From an uncultured Elusimicrobia bacterium (GTDB lineage Bacteria > Elusimicrobiota > Elusimicrobia > 2-01-FULL-59-12), in NCBI GenBank assembly GCA_963702895.1, contig OY969767.1:928001-992000 (forward strand): a stretch of DNA of 64,000 nt, given 5' to 3'. A program made the translations under genes and the position numbers. The notes beneath the pieces were generated by a model that did not search any database, was not told where the DNA came from, and saw nothing but the letters and a program-made list of their open reading frames with translations. Positions 58,820 to 64,000 of the stretch are shown here, piece after piece (positions within the stretch are counted from its first letter, which is position 1; every line of letters starts with the position of its first letter).

Positions 58820-60326
58820 GGAGAAATTGTAAAAGAAATGTGTGAAGGGCGCGATAGGGAACCATTTCCATTTTGGTTTCGAAGTGACGACGCAGAAATC
58901 GAAAAGGCTGGACCATGATCTTGAAGGGATGAAAGATCAATTTGTTCGTGAAAAAACACTGATAGAAGCGCTGGCGCCAGCGGTTGAGCGTCGCATAATC
59001 CGTCCGCCAGGACGGCGAAAAGGTGAGCTGAGACAAGTCACGATACCCCTGGAATTGCGCGAAGATCGCGGAGCCGGGAATCGGTGTGATGATAAAAACA
59101 GCAATTTCGTCCACGCCGAGGCGTGACAGGTCCCGCACAAGCGCCAGGCTCGCGTGGCGATCCGCCTCCTCTTCGCCTGGGTAGCCGAGAACAAAACAAG
59201 CTTGAGAGCGGATGGCCAGCTGGTTCATACGGCGTATCAGGTTCCGGGCGTGGCCCAGGTTAAAGGGTTTGCCGATGAGCTGCATCACGCGCTCCGAGCC
59301 GCTTTCCGGGGAGATGGAAATGTACCGACACCCGGCTTTGGCCATGATCTCCAGGGTGGATTCATCCTTGATGGACTCCACTTTTGTTCCGGCACAGATT
59401 TTCCAGAAGACGGGTAATCGTCGTTTGAGGAGTTCTTTGCAGAAAGCTCTTGTGCGGGCATCATCTATGGTGGGGTCGACATCTTCGATATGGAATTCCT
59501 GGACCCCGAGCTGCTCAGAAAAATACTGCATCTCGTTGACGACCTCTTCCGCACGGCGGGCGCGCCATTTGCGGTCGTTCGTTTCAGGGATCATACAGAA
59601 CCGGCAGGGATAGGGGCATCCGCGGGAGGTCAAGAGCGGTAAGTACCGTTTCGCACTCAAGGGCCCATGGGCATAGCGCAGCGCCCAATAGTTTTGAAGT
59701 GGAAACAAGTCCCAAGCCGGGTAGGGCAGCGTGTCGAGATCCGCGATGACGCCTTCCGGAGCGGCATAGTGAAGCGCCTGATCGCGGCGAAATCCGATGC
59801 CGTCTATCTGCGAAATCGTTGAGAGGGGAGCCTTCGATAAGAGGGCCTTCAGAAGGTCGACTCCACGCCGCTCAGATTCCCCTGTCAGGATGTAATCGGC
59901 TCCTTGATCATGCATTTCTTGTTGAACTCGCCGTAACGAATAGGCGGTCACCGCCTGGGTGTTTTCCATCACGATGACCGGTGTGCTGGTGTGGTCCTTC
60001 TTCAGGGTCTGCAGGATTTGAACGAGTGATGCATGGTTGGCCACCTGACCAGCATAGAGCACAATCGCCTCTGTGCCGGAAGGGATGCGCTGGCTAACGT
60101 CTTGAGCCGATAGACCTCGGAAAAGGAGATCGTCTTGTCTGCGACATCGATTAGGAGCCAGGCCAAAAGAATCAATGACATGGACGGTAGCCCCTTCCTT
60201 GCGCAGTATGCCGCCGAAATAAGCCAGGCTGATCGGCATATAGACAATCCCGGTGGTGAACATATCGTGTCTCTGAACAACAAGATTGGGATTCACCAGG
60301 GCAACGGTAGAGCCGGACAGGGTCAT
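58809..60326 (-). CDS. B12-binding radical SAM protein
   Basis: LVNP, P.SLAY, TSRGCPYPCRFC, ESGS, GYPGE; likely start 60326. Confidence 0.88.
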   Translation of the reverse strand: MTLSGSTVALVNPNLVVQRHDMFTTGIVYMPISLAYFGGILRKEGATVHVIDSFGLAPNRCRRQDDLLFRGLSAQDVSQRIPSGTEAIVLYAGQVANHASLVQILQTLKKDHTSTPVIVMENTQAVTAYSLRRVQQEMHDQGADYILTGESERRGVDLLKALLSKAPLSTISQIDGIGFRRDQALHYAAPEGVIADLDTLPYPAWDLFPLQNYWALRYAHGPLSAKRYLPLLTSRGCPYPCRFCMIPETNDRKWRARRAEEVVNEMQYFSEQLGVQEFHIEDVDPTIDDARTRAFCKELLKRRLPVFWKICAGTKVESIKDESTLEIMAKAGCRYISISPESGSERVMQLIGKPFNLGHARNLIRRMNQLAIRSQACFVLGYPGEEEADRHASLALVRDLSRLGVDEIAVFIITPIPGSAIFAQFQGYRDLSQLTFSPSWRTDYATLNRWRQRFYQCFFTNKLIFHPFKIMVQPFRFLRRHFETKMEMVPYRALHTFLLQFLHGH

Positions 60327-61023
60327 ACCCACCGACGGAGCGCGATTGCGCCACTCACCAGAAACGGCATCGCTGGAATTCGGGAACGGCAATTTCCGGA
60401 ACGGAAGCTGGTCACTGCGATGAAGCAACAGGAACCCATCAAGAAGAGAAATGCTCCAGGACGGCAGCCCGTGGACCTGAGGGTGAAAATGCCCCTGGTG
60501 CAGGCAAGATCAAGCAGGACAAGAAATGCGAGATACATCATGTATACGGGGATCAGCCAAGGAATGTGGCGAAGCATCATCAGCAGTCCCTGCCCCATCG
60601 ATTACGAGTATTCCTGCGCACGTGAGGCCAGCGTCACAGCTTCAAGAGGGCACAGAGCCGGTGCACATGCCGAATCGCCAAATAGTTGTTCGAGAAGAAA
60701 ACACGACCAAAGCCGTCATGTGAAGGGGCGCTCATCTCATCTGCTGGCAGAAAACATGTCATGAATGCAGGTATTATACTCGATGAGGTTGCAAGTGCTC
60801 TTAAGAGAGCCGAAGCAGAAATCTTTGGGGGGTGGAGAGGTGCTCTTTCTCTGAGGAGGCAGCTGCTCGTCCCGTCGGCGAAGTCCATCTCCAGGTCATC
60901 GCTTCGTTACTCTTCGATCCCCAGGCGCTCCTGCATAACTTTCTCTTTGCTCCTTCTGCTGCCCCGAATCTGGGTTTCGAGATCCGGCAGGAATTTATCA
61001 TTCGGCCCACGAGGGGCTTGGGA

Positions 61024-61980
61024 TTATTTGAAAAGACCCTTCAAGGCGTTGTCGACATCGTGTGATCCGTTGACGTGATTCTTGAAAAGGTTTGTGAGGT
61101 TGGCCTGGAAGGCCCTTTTCTTAAGCGAAGAAAGATCCACCTTGGGCTTTGCCGTGGTGCCGGTGATCGTGAGCGAAGCGTCGAGTTTGCCACGGTTTCG
61201 TGCCGCAGGCGCATGAAGCTCAGCCTCCAAATGAAGTTTGCCGCTTGCGATTTCCATGGTGCCATGGGTTTTCACGTTCAAAGGAGCGCTACGAATCTGA
61301 AAGTTGCGAATCGTCATGGTGCCCTTGTCGAAACGGTAGTCGCCTTCGATGCTGTCGAGGGGCCAATAGCGTAAGTCGGGTAGCCCCAGTTGCACAAAGC
61401 CAGCCCGTTCTAAATTCATGAGGGCAAGGACGGGGGCTAGTGCCGCCCGTGAAGAAGGAGACTTCGTCATGAGTTGATCGATATTCTGGAGGGATCCTTT
61501 TCCCTGGCGGAGTTTAGCCCACCCGGATAAAGAGCTGCCTGTTTGGGTGATATCCGAAAGTGACCAAGCAACGGAAAAGTCTTGTGCTGCATAATGGGGA
61601 TGGCGAAAGTTGTGAATGAGGAAACGGCCGCTTGTTTGTGTAAGTTGCCCCTCCCGCAAGCTCAGCCCCTGCCATAAGGAACGCAGGCTCCAGCCGACAT
61701 GAATCCCTTTTGCATCCACAAGTGTGCCCTTCTTAAAGTGTGGAATTTCTGAGACCTTGAGTGATTCCAGCGAAAGCCCCCTCCACCCTAAACGTACGGG
61801 TCCTATCACGAGTTGGCGGTGTATCCGCTCGCCGAGGGCATCCGCCGCATAATCACGAAATCTCTGTTGAGGAAAAAAGGTCAGAAAGGCCCAAAGAATA
61901 ACGAAGAGAGCGACCAGGGGCATAACCACGAGATGTACAAGATATCGCACGAGGATTTTCATGGGGCCTTGCTGCCCCAT
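61024..61980 (-). CDS. AsmA-like protein
   Basis: N-terminal TM; beta-rich; C-terminal ITGTTAKPKV motif. Confidence 0.65.
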   Translation of the reverse strand: MGQQGPMKILVRYLVHLVVMPLVALFVILWAFLTFFPQQRFRDYAADALGERIHRQLVIGPVRLGWRGLSLESLKVSEIPHFKKGTLVDAKGIHVGWSLRSLWQGLSLREGQLTQTSGRFLIHNFRHPHYAAQDFSVAWSLSDITQTGSSLSGWAKLRQGKGSLQNIDQLMTKSPSSRAALAPVLALMNLERAGFVQLGLPDLRYWPLDSIEGDYRFDKGTMTIRNFQIRSAPLNVKTHGTMEIASGKLHLEAELHAPAARNRGKLDASLTITGTTAKPKVDLSSLKKRAFQANLTNLFKNHVNGSHDVDNALKGLFK

Positions 61981-63182
61981 AAGGGCTCGTAGTATTTCTT
62001 GAGTGGAACTTGGCCGTAGAGCTTGGCGTAGAGGACTTCCTGCTGCCGGACCATATGGTCGATGTCAAAGTCCTTGGTGATGAGGCCCTTCCCCTTTTTC
62101 CCCATTTGCCTTGCTTTTTCAGGATGGTCCGCAAGCCAAAGGATCTTTTCTGCAGCGAGCGCTGTGTCATGGGGAGTGATGAGATAGCCTGTTTCCCCGT
62201 CCTCGACGATGTCTTTGGTCCCATCCACGCCGTACACCACGGCGGGCAGCCCTGCCGCCATGGCTTCCACAAGGGACCGCGGAAGACCCTCCCAGAGAGA
62301 GGTCAAGAGAAAACAGTTTGAGGCTGCGAAAATGTCTTGCACATCCTCACGCCTCTGGCACCAACCGAGAAAGTGAACATGGTCCTGGAGGCCTTGTTCC
62401 TTGCACTCCTTTTCGACGCTAGCTTTGAGTTCGCCGTCTCCCGCAAAGAGAAAGTGGACTTGAGGGTTGATCGTGAGCACTTGGGATGCGACCGCGACCA
62501 AGTCCATCGGGTTCTTCTGCGGCTTAAAATTGCCGACATAGACCACACGCCAAGCGTCGTGAGGAAGACTCTGAAGGAGTTTATGGATCTTATTGCTCGC
62601 ACGCTTTTCGCTGGTCGTGAGAGGCTTGTGTTGGGGACTTTGCAAGGGAATGCCGCTGCGGACGAGACTTTTAGGCACGTTCTTTCCGATCTTCAAGTGA
62701 TGAGCTTCTTTTCGATTTTCTTCCGAAACAAAAACCAAGTGGGCGCAAAGGGGCGCGCAGAGCTTTTCGATCGCGATAAAGAGCCATCGCGTCCAGGGCT
62801 TCTGACGGCGGTTGAATCCGAACCCGTGGAACGTGTGGAGGATCACAGGCACGCCTGCCAGATACGCCGCAACGCGGCCCAAGATGCCCGCTTTCGAGGA
62901 GTGGGTATGAACGACATGGGGCCTGAGCTCTCGTAACTTTGTGTAGAGTTGATAAAAGGCGGCCAGGTCCAGCCAGGGACGAAGCGGGCGAACAAGACCT
63001 GGAATATAATGCGTGGGCCAGGAGGCATGCTGGGTCTCGGGGTCCAAGATGCCCCCTCGTCCGCAGAGCAGAAAGGCGTCGAAATGTTCCGGGTCCAGGT
63101 GCCCCACGGTATAGAGGGTATTTCTCTGGGCCCCTCCCAGTTCAAGTTGTGTGATGATGTGGGCGACGCGAAGTCTCATCAT
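61959..63182 (-). CDS. Glycosyltransferase family 4
   Basis: HIITQLELGGAQ, HTHSSKAG, EGLPRSLVEAMA. Confidence 0.92.
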   Translation of the reverse strand: MMRLRVAHIITQLELGGAQRNTLYTVGHLDPEHFDAFLLCGRGGILDPETQHASWPTHYIPGLVRPLRPWLDLAAFYQLYTKLRELRPHVVHTHSSKAGILGRVAAYLAGVPVILHTFHGFGFNRRQKPWTRWLFIAIEKLCAPLCAHLVFVSEENRKEAHHLKIGKNVPKSLVRSGIPLQSPQHKPLTTSEKRASNKIHKLLQSLPHDAWRVVYVGNFKPQKNPMDLVAVASQVLTINPQVHFLFAGDGELKASVEKECKEQGLQDHVHFLGWCQRREDVQDIFAASNCFLLTSLWEGLPRSLVEAMAAGLPAVVYGVDGTKDIVEDGETGYLITPHDTALAAEKILWLADHPEKARQMGKKGKGLITKDFDIDHMVRQQEVLYAKLYGQVPLKKYYEPLWGSKAP

Positions 63183-63185
63183 GAT

Positions 63186-63330
63186 CCGTCCGAGGCGACA
63201 CACGACAGCCGCCCGCCCGCGGTCAGGCGGGTCCGACTTCCGAGGTCCCGACCGGTCGACTTTGAGGACCGCTCAGGGGAGTCCCTTTGGGAGAAACGCG
63301 TCGGGACGTCGGACGTCGCACGTCGGGCGT
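63186..63330. repeat. Heptamer pair with nested hairpins between the oxidoreductase and GT4 genes
   Basis: cgtccgagg..gtccgacttccgaggtcc ... cgtcgggacgtcggacgtcgcacgtcgg; CCCGCC..GGCGGG hairpin. Confidence 0.65.
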
Positions 63331-64000
63331 TAGTGTCCAAGAACTTTCTCCGCCACGGCCTTCCCTTCGAGGATCGCTTCCTCCATATAGGAATATTTCC
63401 AGCCGCCAAATCTCCCGATCGAATAGACTTGCTCCGATTCCAGCCAGCCCAGGATGTTTTGGACGAGCGGCGTCCGGTGCTGGTCATAAGTGATATAGGC
63501 GACAGGAATATGAAGAATGTTCCGTGTGACAATCTCCTTCTCATGGCGTAAGAGACCGCACTCCAGGAGGCCCCGGATGGCATCTTTCATCGCTTTTTTC
63601 TCATCAAAGTCTTCTTCGGGTTGATACGCGATCTCCACATACATGGAACTGCAACCGGGCGGCGTCATTCGGGGCGAGAAGTTCATCGGGAAACCCACCC
63701 GATAAAAGCGATATTTCTTTTCCGGAAAATAAATCCAGTGTTTATCCGAGATGCCGAGACGTTTCACGCCGAGATTGAGATCATACACGGAACTCCAGCG
63801 CATCTTTTTTCGATTTTCTAAGAGCTCCCCCGGAAAGTCCTCAAGCATGTCCAGAAAATGCTGAAGCGGCGCGGTATTCACAAGATGGGTGAACGTGATG
63901 GTTTCGCCCGTGGAGAGCGTCGCTTCCTTACGTTTCAGGCTGATACGCTCGATTAGGGTCTTGAGCCTGATACGGCGAAGATCTTTCGCCAAAGCAAAAG
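63330..64000 (-). CDS. Partial FAD-dependent oxidoreductase (protoporphyrinogen oxidase/UDP-galactopyranose mutase-like), C-terminal part
   Basis: HWIYFPE..FYR, AY..YD, SIGRFGGWKY..ME; continues past the window edge. Confidence 0.8.
   Translation of the reverse strand, partial: FALAKDLRRIRLKTLIERISLKRKEATLSTGETITFTHLVNTAPLQHFLDMLEDFPGELLENRKKMRWSSVYDLNLGVKRLGISDKHWIYFPEKKYRFYRVGFPMNFSPRMTPPGCSSMYVEIAYQPEEDFDEKKAMKDAIRGLLECGLLRHEKEIVTRNILHIPVAYITYDQHRTPLVQNILGWLESEQVYSIGRFGGWKYSYMEEAILEGKAVAEKVLGH

Noticed and set aside
60330..61020. Short ORFs between the radical SAM and AsmA-like genes
   Set aside because: No recognisable motifs or consistent coding signal.
1..64000. tRNA/rRNA genes
   Set aside because: None recognised by eye. 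The hairpins seen belong to repeat families or terminators; a covariance-model scan was not possible.

Overview
GC-rich bacterial chromosomal segment; the gene content suggests a diderm, possibly Elusimicrobiota-like, but this is not established. It contains envelope genes (GDPD, AI-2E, beta-barrels, MscS, OmpA), a minus-strand miaB-slt-mutS-[IS1380]-pilZ-mutL run, a three-gene pilin/pseudopilin locus, a Pat-type acetyltransferase, pilT, a futalosine menaquinone cluster (mqnP/ubiX/ubiD/mqnE/A/C, mqnD), a frameshifted short rho, an intact IS4-family element and a glycan-modification cluster. The most striking feature is a ~6.2 kb array upstream of miaB (21118-27349). Accessory cassettes (toxin-antitoxin-like pairs, membrane proteins, a methyltransferase) are separated by at least 7 extra copies of the miaB 5' end (MKYHLITYG). 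The copies differ mostly at synonymous positions and usually break at codon 9-10 into a shared GGCTGGCC motif. The last gene of most cassettes ends on the next miaB start. This looks like an integron-like gene-capture array that uses a housekeeping gene start as its attachment site, and no recombinase lies nearby. The window also carries nested palindromic elements and paired 7/8-mer tandem repeats inserted in frame into MiaB, MqnE, MqnD and MqnC.
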